A DNA stretch of 63,755 nt, the filler included, from Octopus bimaculoides (lineage: Eukaryota): NCBI RefSeq assembly GCF_001194135.2. It is 5 parts of 5 records of this genome, joined end to end, with 100 filler letters (N's around TTAATTAATTAA, not from the genome) between each part and the next. Parts side by side here need not be neighbours in the genome. Positions count along the whole stretch, not along the records: positions 53,218 to 61,561 come from NC_068994.1; positions 61,662 to 63,755 come from NW_026420121.1; 3 more parts are not named here. The stretch is one strand, 5' to 3'. The translations under genes and the position numbers were made by a program. Under the pieces are notes generated by a model. It had not been told where the DNA came from, ran no database searches, and saw nothing but the letters and a program-made list of their open reading frames with translations. Of the stretch, positions 53,833 through 63,755 are shown one piece after another; positions within the stretch are counted from its first letter, which is position 1; the number at the start of each line of letters is the position of its first letter.

Positions 53833-54170
53833 AACACCGGTTGTCGAACGGTGGTGGGGGACAAACGAAAAAACACACATACATACATAAATACATTCAT
53901 ATNNNNNNNNNNNNNNNNNNNNNNNNNNNNNNNNNNNNNNNNNNNNNNNNNNNNNNNNNNNNNNNNNNNNNNNNNNNNNNNNNNNNNNNNNNNNNNNNNN
54001 NNNNNNNNNNNNNNNNNNNNNNNNNNNNNNNNNNNNNNNNNNNNNNNNNNNNNNNNNNNNNNNNNNNNNNNNNNNNNNNNNNNNNNNNNNNNNNNNNNNN
54101 NNNNNNNNNNNNNNNNNNNNNNNNNNNNNNNNNNNNNNNNNNNNNNNNNNNNNNNNNNNNNNNNNNNNNN

Positions 54171-54203
<33 letters not shown>

Positions 54204-54353
54204 ATATATACATGCATACATATATACGACAGGCTTCTTTCACTTTCCAGTAGCCCGAAGCTTTGACAGAAGACACTTGCCTCAAGTGCCATGCAGTGGA
54301 ACTGAAACCGGAGCCATATGGTTAGGAGGAAAACGTCTTTAACATACAGCCAC
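53833..54353 (-). mobile_element. SINE family B (spans a gap)
   Basis: acgacaggcttctttc...agaagacacttgcctcaagtgccatgcagtgg...catacagccac. Confidence 0.8.
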
Positions 54354-54364
54354 ATGTGTGTACG

Positions 54365-54790
54365 CATACACACACAAACGTACGCACACATATGACAGAG
54401 AGAGAGAGAGAGGAGGAAGAAATATAGAGAGGGAGAAGAAAGTGTATAAGGAGAAAAATTAGAAGATAGAAAAATAAACGAGAGAGAATGAGGAAATTCT
54501 GAAGAAAGAGAAATAAAAATGAGTGAATAAAAGTGAGTAAATAGACTCATTGTAGGAGAGAGTAAGAGAGGGAGAGGGAGAGAGAGAGCAAGAAAGAAAG
54601 GGAAAGAGGTTGGGAGAGTAGAAAAGGAACATGAGAGAAGAAAAAAAATTAGGTCTGAAAGAGAAAGTGAAAGTAGAAGTGACGGAAGGAAGAAAGAAAA
54701 TGATGAAAATGACGTCTTCAAGAAGAAAACCGATTTTTAAAAAAATGATTTAGGAAATGAAAGAAAGAGAGAAAAGAGAGAGAAGTGGTA
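54365..54790. repeat. Purine (AG)-rich low-complexity tract
   Basis: Direct reading; source of the S/L/F-rich ORF 53897..54721. Confidence 0.9.
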
Positions 54791-55009
54791 AATGATAAAA
54801 GGAAATCACTGACATTCAGATGAACTTCCTGCAAAATATTGATAACTAGCTAATCCTTAGATTTCATTGTGTTAAATAGAATTTGTCACTGTTAACTTAT
54901 GTATTGACAGTTACGATTGGCCAACTGGATAGAGTAATAAGACAACCAAACACTTGGTCATCAGTTCGCATCCTCTAACCGATGCTTTCGCTGTATAATT
55001 AAATACGCT

Positions 55010-55470
55010 GGAGGTGAGCGAGTCGAGTCGTTTGCATGTAGGACAAAATGATAAGCGGTATTTCGTCCGTCTTTACGTTCTGAGTTCAAATCTCGCCGAG
55101 GTTGATGTTGCCTTTCACCCTTTCAGAGTCGATAAAATAAGTACCGACTATGTACTGGGGTCTATGTAATCGACTAGCTTCCCCCTGCTACCACAAAATT
55201 TCAAGCCTTGTGCCTATAGTAGAAAGAATTATTGAAGACGCTTAAAGCGGTGAGATAGTCGAATCGTTACTGCATCGAGCAATATGCTTAATGGTATTTC
55301 TTCCGATGCACCTACCTTCTGAGTTCAAATCCCACTGAAGTCAATTTTGCCTTTCATCCTTCCGCATTGATAAGACAACGTATCAACCAAGTACAGGGGT
55401 CAAGTAATCGACTTATTCATTGCTTCTCGTTATTCATTGCTGGCCTTGTGCCAAAATATGAAACCATTAA
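55010..55470 (+). mobile_element. Two tandem SINE family A copies (about 55010-55235 and 55243-55470)
   Basis: Each has ttctgagttcaaat...gcctttca...gataa...gtac and ends in ccttgtgcc. Confidence 0.85.
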
Positions 55471-55789
55471 AGACGCTTGTCTATCGAATTCGTAACTGGT
55501 TGTTATTTAATCCTTAGTCATCCCTGGTTAAGCAAACGTGTTCTTGTCGAATCTACACGTAGCTTTTCAAAGGCGGTTTATCTCTGAAATATAATTTCCT
55601 GCTCCTACACATATAAGTAACCAGAAACGTTCGCTGTGGGACAAGCCAGTTGTAGTTCGGCTTCTGCCACTAGAAGCCTCAGCCAACAGTATGCTGACCG
55701 GTGCCGTCCGGTGCCATCCGGTGCCATCCGGTGAAGTCGTACTGTCACGTGGTGAGTCTTTGTTTTGCATTGCTGCTGTGTTCGTCGAT

Positions 55790-56522
55790 TTTTGCGATGG
55801 CTGAAACGAAGGAGCAGCGTGCTTACATGAAAGTCTGTTTTCTCCTGTGGAAAACGGCGACCGAAATAGTTGTCATGCTTCAAGCAAATTAGAAGGACGC
55901 TGCCATGAGCAAATCATAAGTTTNNNNNNNNNNNNNNNNNNNNNNNNNNNNNNNNNNNNNNNNNNNNNNNNNNNNNNNNNNNNNNNNNNNNNNNNNNNNN
56001 NNNNNNNNNNNNNNNNNNNNNNNNNNNNNNNNNNNNNNNNNNNNNNNNNNNNNNNNNNNNNNNNNNNNNNNNNNNNNNNNNNNNNNNNNNNNNNNNNNNN
56101 NNNNNNNNNNNNNNNNNNNNNNNNNNNNNNNNNNNNNNNNNNNNNNNNNNNNNNNNNNNNNNNNNNNNNNNNNNNNNNNNNNNNNNNNNGGAAGAACAAA
56201 AGCAGTCACGAGTGAATGCGTGTCGTGAATTGAAAGAACAGTGGAAAGTTGATCCGGATCTTCTTTCGAAGGCTATCACTGGTGATGAAAGCTGGTGTCA
56301 CGCAATTTGCAGATGTGGAAGAGGTGAAGAAAAAACGATGAAGGCGTTAAAAGGCATCACTTCGCTAGAGTTCCAGAACTTTCGAACTGAGGAAAACGCG
56401 CCTGGTCCGATGCATTGCTTCAAATGGAGAATATTTTGAAGGCGATAAAAGTGTAAACATGTAAAACTAAGTGAATAAAATAATATTGCAAAACTCCAGT
56501 TTCTTTTGGTCATCCCCTCGTA
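55790..56522 (+). mobile_element. Mariner transposase remnant with 3' TIR; internal deletion and gap
   Basis: MAETKEQRAYMKVCF..KTATE (HTH start), AITGDESWCH, FADVEEVKKKT...RCIASNGEYFEG; ends cttttggtcatcccctcg + TA. Confidence 0.85.
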
Positions 56523-57479
56523 AAACAAAAAACAATTGCAGCATTGACTGAGAAAAACAGCGCTCAAAATCCAAGGCTGAAAAGTTTTTCGTTGTAGCAG
56601 AAGAGTAAAGTTTTTCTTGCTAGAAACTACCTAAGTATGCGATGAAACAGAATACGTTAAGTAACTTCAAAATATGTGAAGGTTGGGAAATAGCAATTAT
56701 CTACATCGTCACTGGTTGCCAAATCTTAGTCAAGAGAGGATTCATCTACAGGCATGTCGGGGTTGGTACTTTTATACACTGAAAATTATGCCAGCGAAAG
56801 GGAACATCAGCGTTTCTTTTGGGTACCTCCTCATACTATATAGTATGTTTTAAATACATAGTTATATGTAACTAGCTATCTCAGTGTTAGGAACAACGCC
56901 ATGTTTTAAAAGTAACGAGTATTTCGGAATTGCAGTTCTTAACTCATCAAACCAGTATAATCTCAAGCTCAAACACACGGCCGACACATCAGACCGTAGA
57001 TGGTGGAGTGAAAATGCTGTGGCCCTCGTCCTTTAGTGGACTGAACACGAGCGACTCAAACCCAAAATTGAGCGCAGCTCTAGGGAAACATAGTTGCATG
57101 AACACTGTTCATGTAACTATGTTTTATTGATTTGTTCTAGATATACTATACAAACAGGAGGTCTAATGGTGCTTCACTGCAGGGCAGTAGCTGGCGGAGG
57201 AGCATGGGTTTAGGGGCCCAATTCTGATCTATATATGTAGTGGTCCGGTGCACTGATTGTCCCAGGGGCCTATAACGCTGTTTAGACAGTTATGAATTCC
57301 TAGCTATCTTACGAAAATTAAAAGGGCGTATTGGATAATATGGTCCTACATACACAGTGTAGGGAAAAATGGCGGGATGGTTACAGCTAGAAAGACCAAT
57401 GAAACACAGTGTTGGAACGAATAAGTTTAAGGCAGTAAAAAAAATTTCAAATTTTGAGACAATGTCAGTAACCTCGGAG

Positions 57480-57645
57480 CTAAGTTGATTACATCGACCC
57501 CAGTGCTCAACTGGTACCTATTTTATCGACCCCGAAAGGACGGAAGGCAAAGTCGACCGCGGTGGAATTTGAACCCAGAACATAAAGTCGGACGAAGTGC
57601 AGCTAGGCATTTTACCCGGCTTGCTAACGATTCTGACAGTGCGCC
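57480..57645 (-). mobile_element. SINE family A in the left arm of an inverted duplication
   Basis: tcgaccccgaaaggacggaaggcaaagtcgacc...gctaacgattctgacag. Confidence 0.85.
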
Positions 57646-58079
57646 TCTATTAAGATAGCCCTGCCTCTATGACCCAATAGGTTATGGAACGTTGCAGTTC
57701 TATTGATCGCGTAAACAAAGTTGTTAAAGACATTGTAAGCACGGGTCTGGTGGGGTTGGGATTTATGGAAACCGTATCCTACAGGTGGAGGGCGTAGCTT
57801 TTATGTAATAACATGTCGTAACTCGTATTTTACTCAGTGGAGCTCAAATAACCCCTAATAGGCATTAAAGTAATTAGATAAGTGCTTGTAAGACTGTACG
57901 GGGTGCACCAGATACATAGATACGTGTATAACATTAGATACTATTTAATGATTGATTTCTGTCATTATCGATCTCGAAGGAAGACAATCGACAGAGTCAA
58001 TCGGGCATAAAGGAAAGTAACCAATATATATCAGAATACATCGACTTTTTCCCATCCCACATCCATTTAAATAGTACAC

Positions 58080-58450
58080 GCACGCACGCCCACACACACA
58101 CACACACACACACTCTCTCACATACACATACTCACANNNNNNNNNNCACACACACACACACACACACTCTCTCACATACACATACTCACACACACACATG
58201 CACGCACACGCACACACACTCTCTCACACACACTCACACAAACACACACGTACACATACATTCACACACACTCACACACACACACTGTCTCTCTCTCTCA
58301 CACACACACACTGTCTCTCTCTCACACACACAAACACTCACACACACACACTCACACACACACTCTCTCTCTCTCTCTTACACACACTCATACACACAGG
58401 CACACATACTCACACACACTCACACACACTCACACGCATACACAAACTTA
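58080..58450. repeat. Degenerate (CA)/(CT) low-complexity array
   Basis: Direct reading; source of the poly-HT ORF. Confidence 0.9.
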
Positions 58451-58673
58451 TACAGGCAATGTCTTTTCTTTTTGTTTCTTTTTTACTTGTAGTCAATGAG
58501 CTGTGGCCACGCTGGGGTGCCGCCTTCAAGAGTTTAGTTGAACAAATCAATACCAGGACATTTTTATTAAAGCCAGGTACTCATTCTATCGATTTCTCCG
58601 GCCAAACTGTTTAAATACGGGTGCGTAAGTGAATCAACAAAATTCATCAAGCGTGGTAGGGTATACACACAAG

Positions 58674-58711
<38 letters not shown>

Positions 58712-58863
58712 NNNNNNNNNNNNNNNNNNNNNNNNNNNNNNNNNNNNNNNNNNNNNNNNNNNNNNNNNNNNNNNNNNNNNNNNNNNNNNNNNNNNNNNNN
58801 NNNNNNNNNNNNNCATGCACACATTCGCACAAAATTGGAAATCAATATGTACTCACACGTAAC

Positions 58864-59055
58864 GGCGGCGAGCTGGCAGAATCGTTACCGCGTCGAGCAA
58901 AAAGCTTAGCGGCATTTCGTCCGACTTCATGTTCTGGGTTCGAATTCCACCGCGATCGACTTTGCCTTTCATCCTTTCGGGTTCGATAAAATAGGCACCA
59001 GTTGCGATTTAATCAACTTAGCTCCGAAATTACTGACTCTGTCCCAAAATTTGAA
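58864..59055 (+). mobile_element. SINE family A in the right arm of an inverted duplication
   Basis: ggcggcgagctggcagaatcgtta...gggttcgaattcc...gcctttcatcctttcgg. Confidence 0.9.
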
Positions 59056-59637
59056 ATTCTTTTTACTTGCTTTCAATATATTCGTTCCAACACGGTCTTA
59101 CATTGGTCTTTCTAGCTGTGACCATCCCGCCTTTTTTTCACACACTGTGTATGTAGGGCCATATCATCCAATACGCTCATTCAATCCTTTTAAGAAAGAT
59201 AGTCATTCATAACCGTTTGGTTACTATTTATAGGGTGTTGAACGACCACATAAAGGTCCCGTTGTTTGCTTGTAGAAATTATTATTAAGGTATGTGTTAC
59301 TTGGATGATATTATTGTTGTTTATCCCGAGGTGAATCTTGATCTAACGAATCTTTTATCGAAGGCATCCTAGCTGTGAATGTCTTTTTTTCTCAGCACTG
59401 TGCCCTCACGATCATTTTATTCAATGCGTCCTTTCTTTTAAGACAGTTATAGGTTGTGTTCTGATAGAGGTAATGTCTACCAATATCGAGTGTTTACCAT
59501 GACTAGAGATGCCAAACTTGTTTGGCGTTGCAGGTCGGATTGGAACATAAACTAGATCTCGCGGACCAGATAGGGATAATTATTCCTAATACCCTATTCA
59601 TTATATAGACCAAAGGAAATTAACAAAAAGGGTTTGT

Positions 59638-59684
<47 letters not shown>

Positions 59685-60696
59685 NNNNNNNNNNNNNNNN
59701 NNNNNNNNNNNNNNNNNNNNNNNNNNNNNNNNNNNNNNNNNNNNNNNNNNNNNNNNNNNNNNNNNNNNNNNNNNNNNNNNNNNNNNNNNNNNNNNNNNNN
59801 NNNNNNNNNNNNNNNNNNNNNNNNNNNNNNNNNNNNNNNNNNNNNNNNNNNNNNNNNNNNNNNNNNNNNNNNNNNNNNNNNNNNNNNNNNNNNNNNNNNN
59901 NNNNNNNNNNNNNNNNNNNNNNNNNNNNNNNNNNNNNNNNNNNNNNNNNNNNNNNNNNNNNNNNNNNNNNNNNNNNNNNNNNNNNNNNNNNNNNNNNNNN
60001 NNNNNNNNNNNNNNNNNNNNNNNNNNNNNNNNNNNNNNNNNNNNNNNNNNNNNNNNNNNNNNNNNNNNNNNNNNNNNNNNNNNNNNNNNNNNNNNNNNNN
60101 NNNNNNNNNNNNNNNNNNNNNNNNNNNNNNNNNNNNNNNNNNNNNNNNNNNNNNNNNNNNNNNNNNNNNNNNNNNNNNNNNNNNNNNNNNNNNNNNNNNN
60201 NNNNNNNNNNNNNNNNNNNNNNNNNNNNNNNNNNNNNNNNNNNNNNNNNNNNNNNNNNNNNNNNNNNNNNNNNNNNNNNNNNNNNNNNNNNNNNNNNNNN
60301 NNNNNNNNNNNNNNNNNNNNNNNNNNNNNNNNNNNNNNNNNNNNNNNNNNNNNNNNNNNNNNNNNNNNNNNNNNNNNNNNNNNNNNNNNNNNNNNNNNNN
60401 NNNNNNNNNNNNNNNNNNNNNNNNNNNNNNNNNNNNNNNNNNNNNNNNNNNNNNNNNNNNNNNNNNNNNNNNNNNNNNNNNNNNNNNNNNNNNNNNNNNN
60501 NNNNNNNNNNNNNNNNNNNNNNNNNNNNNNNNNNNNNNNNNNNNNNNNNNNNNNNNNNNCCATACAGATTTTTCTTTTTACATTTAAAACCTTGTGCTGC
60601 GCCTTAGACCAAGAGATAATTACTTGATTAGTTAAAACTGTGATGTAATTGCGATTTTCAATGTAAGTTTATTTCCCTTGAGCCACTAATAAAATG

Positions 60697-60912
60697 TGAC
60701 GGGTGCTGAAAAGTTCCTAGCTTTGGGTAAAAGAAAATAAAGGAGGATCAGTTAGTTATGGTTTTATTTAACATATTCCCCTCTCAGATTCACACACATA
60801 TCGCAGAGGGCCTTCAAGTTTTCTAAGTTCTGTATAAGACTTCGGAAGGTTGGGCCTCCACCCAGGCCTTTCGTGACACCCTTAAAGCCAGGAACTTTTC
60901 AGCACCCCCTCG
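60697..60912. mobile_element. Mariner-type MITE (about 215 bp)
   Basis: TIRs gggtgctgaaaagttcctagctt and aagccaggaacttttcagcaccc; ends cctcg + TA; no coding capacity. Confidence 0.85.
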
Positions 60913-61255
60913 TAAGGTTCTATGTGTATCCTGCCAAATCCCTTCTCTCCTCTAAAACATCATTTGCTTACAACATAGAATAAAGATAAGAGCTAGGAAA
61001 CCCAAAAGTAATTCTTGTTACTCTCCAAAGACCTTAAAGACTACATTTCGTCACATACTTATATGTCGAGTCGCAAATAACATGTCGTCCAACGAAAAGT
61101 GATTCATTTTATTCAGTAAAATTTCTTAGTAGATAAGTCTCTAGCACAGTTAATTCACAGGGGTTACAATCCTCCATCACGCCTATCACTAATACACGTG
61201 TAAAATGTGTAAAGGCCATATAATCTCATTAATCCCTGAGTAAATATTAAATCTG

Positions 61256-61561
61256 TGGAGGCGCAATGGCCCAGTGGTTAGGGCAGCGGACTCGCGGTCA
61301 TAGGATCGCGGTTTCGATTCCCAGACCGGGCGTTGTGAGTGTTTATTGAGCGAAAACACCTAAAGCTCCACCAGGCTCCGGCAGGGGATGGTAGCGAACC
61401 CTGCTGTACTCTTTCACCACAACTTTCTCTCACTCTTACTTCCTGTTTCTGTTGTGCCTGTAATTCAAAGGGTCTGCCTTGTCACACTGTGTCACGCTGA
61501 ATATCCCCGAGTACTACGTTAAGGGTATACGTGTCTGTGGAGTGCTCAGCTACTTGCACGT
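61256..61561 (+). mobile_element. tRNA-derived SINE family C, truncated by a gap
   Basis: ggaggcgcaatggcccagtggttagg (A box) and gtttcgattccc (B box), followed by a non-tRNA body. Confidence 0.85.
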
Positions 61562-61661
61562 NNNNNNNNNNNNNNNNNNNNNNNNNNNNNNNNNNNNNNN
61601 NNNNNTTAATTAATTAANNNNNNNNNNNNNNNNNNNNNNNNNNNNNNNNNNNNNNNNNNNN

Positions 61662-62495
61662 TAACTGTTGTACCATTTTCTGGGCCACGCTTAAAAAAGC
61701 TTGCTGCTCAGCTACTGCAGTTCGTACAGCCTCTGCATACAGCCTTTTTTTGGGAGCAGAAGGAATATACGGATTTCTCTCTTTGTGAGTCCTGTTGGTA
61801 TTCGGTGGATTATGTGTACGTAGATTTAAGCTTTCTGGTCTCCCTTTTCTGCGCTCCCGCTTATCTTGTTTTAAGTGGTTATCTACCTTGTTTAGCTGGT
61901 GGTGTTTGGGATGGGCAAATTTACAGTTTCGTCCCTTTTCCCCATGCCAGCAGGTACCATTTAGGTAGAACTTACAGATCTGTTTCTTTTTCTCTGTGTG
62001 ACGTGTTTGGGCTTGAAGCCTGTTTGTGTTTACCATCTTCTTGTCTGTTCTCCTGTCTTTGTTGTTTGTAGTGCAGCGTTGGCTGTATTCACCATGGTCA
62101 ATGCATCCCTCATCAGTGGCTACAGCACTGGTGGCATCTGCCTTGTCTTGGTGATCCGTTTGGTCCTCCTGAGCCTGAGCACAGTGTGCAGGGTCTTCAC
62201 TGTCCATTTTTGTGTCCGTGTCTCTCATAATGCCTTCTAGGAGGTCAAGGTGCGGTTTCACGAGCTCGTAGGAGCGAATGAGTTCCAGTTTCTTTCGATC
62301 AATTTGAGCCATTGACCTGTGGAAATTGTACCTATCCAGGCTTTCGGCTATTATATCATTTGCTGGTGATCCTTTGGCCAGGTTCCATGCGTGTACAAGA
62401 AAGCAAACTTCCTCCAGCTGCCAGTTTCGGCGCATCTTCATCTTCTTGTTGGCCTCAACTTGGCGCTGTACAAAGTTTCGTCTGCTGGTATCCAT
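61662..62495 (-). CDS. Uninterrupted >=278-codon ORF with a CCCH zinc finger; probable LINE ORF1, 3' end lost in a gap
   Basis: MDTSRR...CKFYLNGTCWHGEKGRNCKFAH (C-x7-C-x8-C-x3-H, about 61911-61977)...; no stop before the gap. Confidence 0.7.
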
Positions 62496-62778
62496 GGTGC
62501 ACGATATTTGAGAGAGAGAGGTTATCTTAAAGTATAGAGAAATAGTACTACAAATAAAGAAGAGTATAAAGAGGGGAGGGAGAATACGAAGTAGAGCGAG
62601 TAGAGAGTGCGTACAGAGTACGAGATAGATAGATAGATAGAGAGAAAGAAAGAGAGAGGATGTGATAGAAATAGAGATGTATGAGAGAGAGAGAGAGAGA
62701 AGATAACTCAAGAGAGAAACAAACAAAACGAGGCAAGACAAAATGAAAATGAAAAGAATAATGAAAATATATACATAT

Positions 62779-62852
<74 letters not shown>

Positions 62853-63101
62853 ATATGAGAGAGAGAAGATAACTCAAGAGAGAGAAACAAACAAGACAAA
62901 ATGAAAATGAGAAGAAAAACGAAAAATGAAAAACGAGAAATATATATATCAAGGAAAACAGAGACAGAGGGTGAGAAACAGAGAAACTAAGAGAGAAAAA
63001 GTGAGGGAGAGAAGATGGGATAAGAATAGAATAGAGATTTTGATTAAGAGTGTTAAAACGAGGTGACTATAAGGGAAATTGAGTGAAAACTTTTAATACT
63101 T

Positions 63102-63425
63102 TAAATAAACTAAGAAGAACGATTTTATCGTAAATAAATTTTATCGTAAATAAACAAAAACAAAAACTATTCTGTGAGAGAAATTACAGTATGTTAACAA
63201 ACAAGTGTGAAATAAATTATTTTGTCGTAAATTTTTAGAAATATAGAATAAAACTTAGTATGTAAATAAACTAAGAACGATTTTATCGTAAATAAATTTT
63301 ATCGTAAATAAACAAAAACAAAACTATTCTGTGAGAGAAATTACAGTATGTTAACAAACAAGTGTGAAATAAATTATTTTGTCGTAAATTTTTAGAAAGA
63401 ATATAGAATATAGAATAAAACCTAG
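63102..63425. repeat. About 161-bp near-perfect tandem duplication upstream of the CCCH ORF
   Basis: taaataaactaagaa...ttttagaa...atagaataaaac starts at 63102 and 63263. Confidence 0.95.
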
Positions 63426-63755
63426 AAAGAATAAAGAATAAAACTTAGCTCAAATTTCTATCTTTACAATCTCTCACCACGTGCGTGGCTCCTTCGAAGA
63501 TGATTGTTCGCTTTGGTTCACTCACATTAATGTGCGTTGTATATATACTATTTTCTTTCTTTTTCAACGGATATAATGCAGGACCGTCGTTAAACAACAG
63601 GTACCGAGTTTTGTGTCGGTTTCAGCAAATATTTATCTTCGATATGGAAAGATACCTGTTGGTTGCTTCGAGAGACAGGGAAAAACACGTCTTAACACTA
63701 CACGCTTTCATTGCACTCCTCAAACCTAAATATTATTCTGATACTTTCTCTTTAC

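Noticed and set aside
58100-58190. Duplicated CA/CT unit flanking a 10-N gap
   Set aside because: Same gap-overlap pattern in low-complexity sequence.
59634-60587. Long ORFs running through N gaps (also 4736, 8519, 23754, 29634, 32635, 43527, 45124, 53764)
   Set aside because: Open only because N and dinucleotide repeats lack stop codons.

Overview
Eukaryotic, AT-rich, gap-riddled non-coding DNA; the SINE families and microsatellite load look like an octopus (coleoid cephalopod) draft assembly, which is an inference from repeat recognition, not a database hit. No host protein-coding gene can be called with confidence, and nearly all long ORFs in the track are microsatellite/N-gap artefacts or antisense shadows of transposons. 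The window holds: three decayed mariner transposase copies and a mariner MITE; RLE-type (R4/Dong-like) LINE fragments; one near-full-length and one internally deleted Tx1/L1-like LINE; a cluster of Penelope-like (RT + GIY-YIG) elements at about 31.7-37.9 kb; many tRNA-derived SINEs of several families; and an uninterrupted >=278-codon CCCH zinc-finger ORF, probably a LINE ORF1, cut by a gap. Most interesting: a tRNA-headed SINE whose tail folds as a degenerate Penelope-type minimal hammerhead ribozyme, inserted with a 13-bp TSD and an inverted tail copy into a Penelope-like RT; a 270-bp near-perfect spacerless palindrome; a decayed intronless protein-kinase fragment; and several local inversions or templated duplications. 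Boundaries of decayed repeats are approximate and were read by eye.
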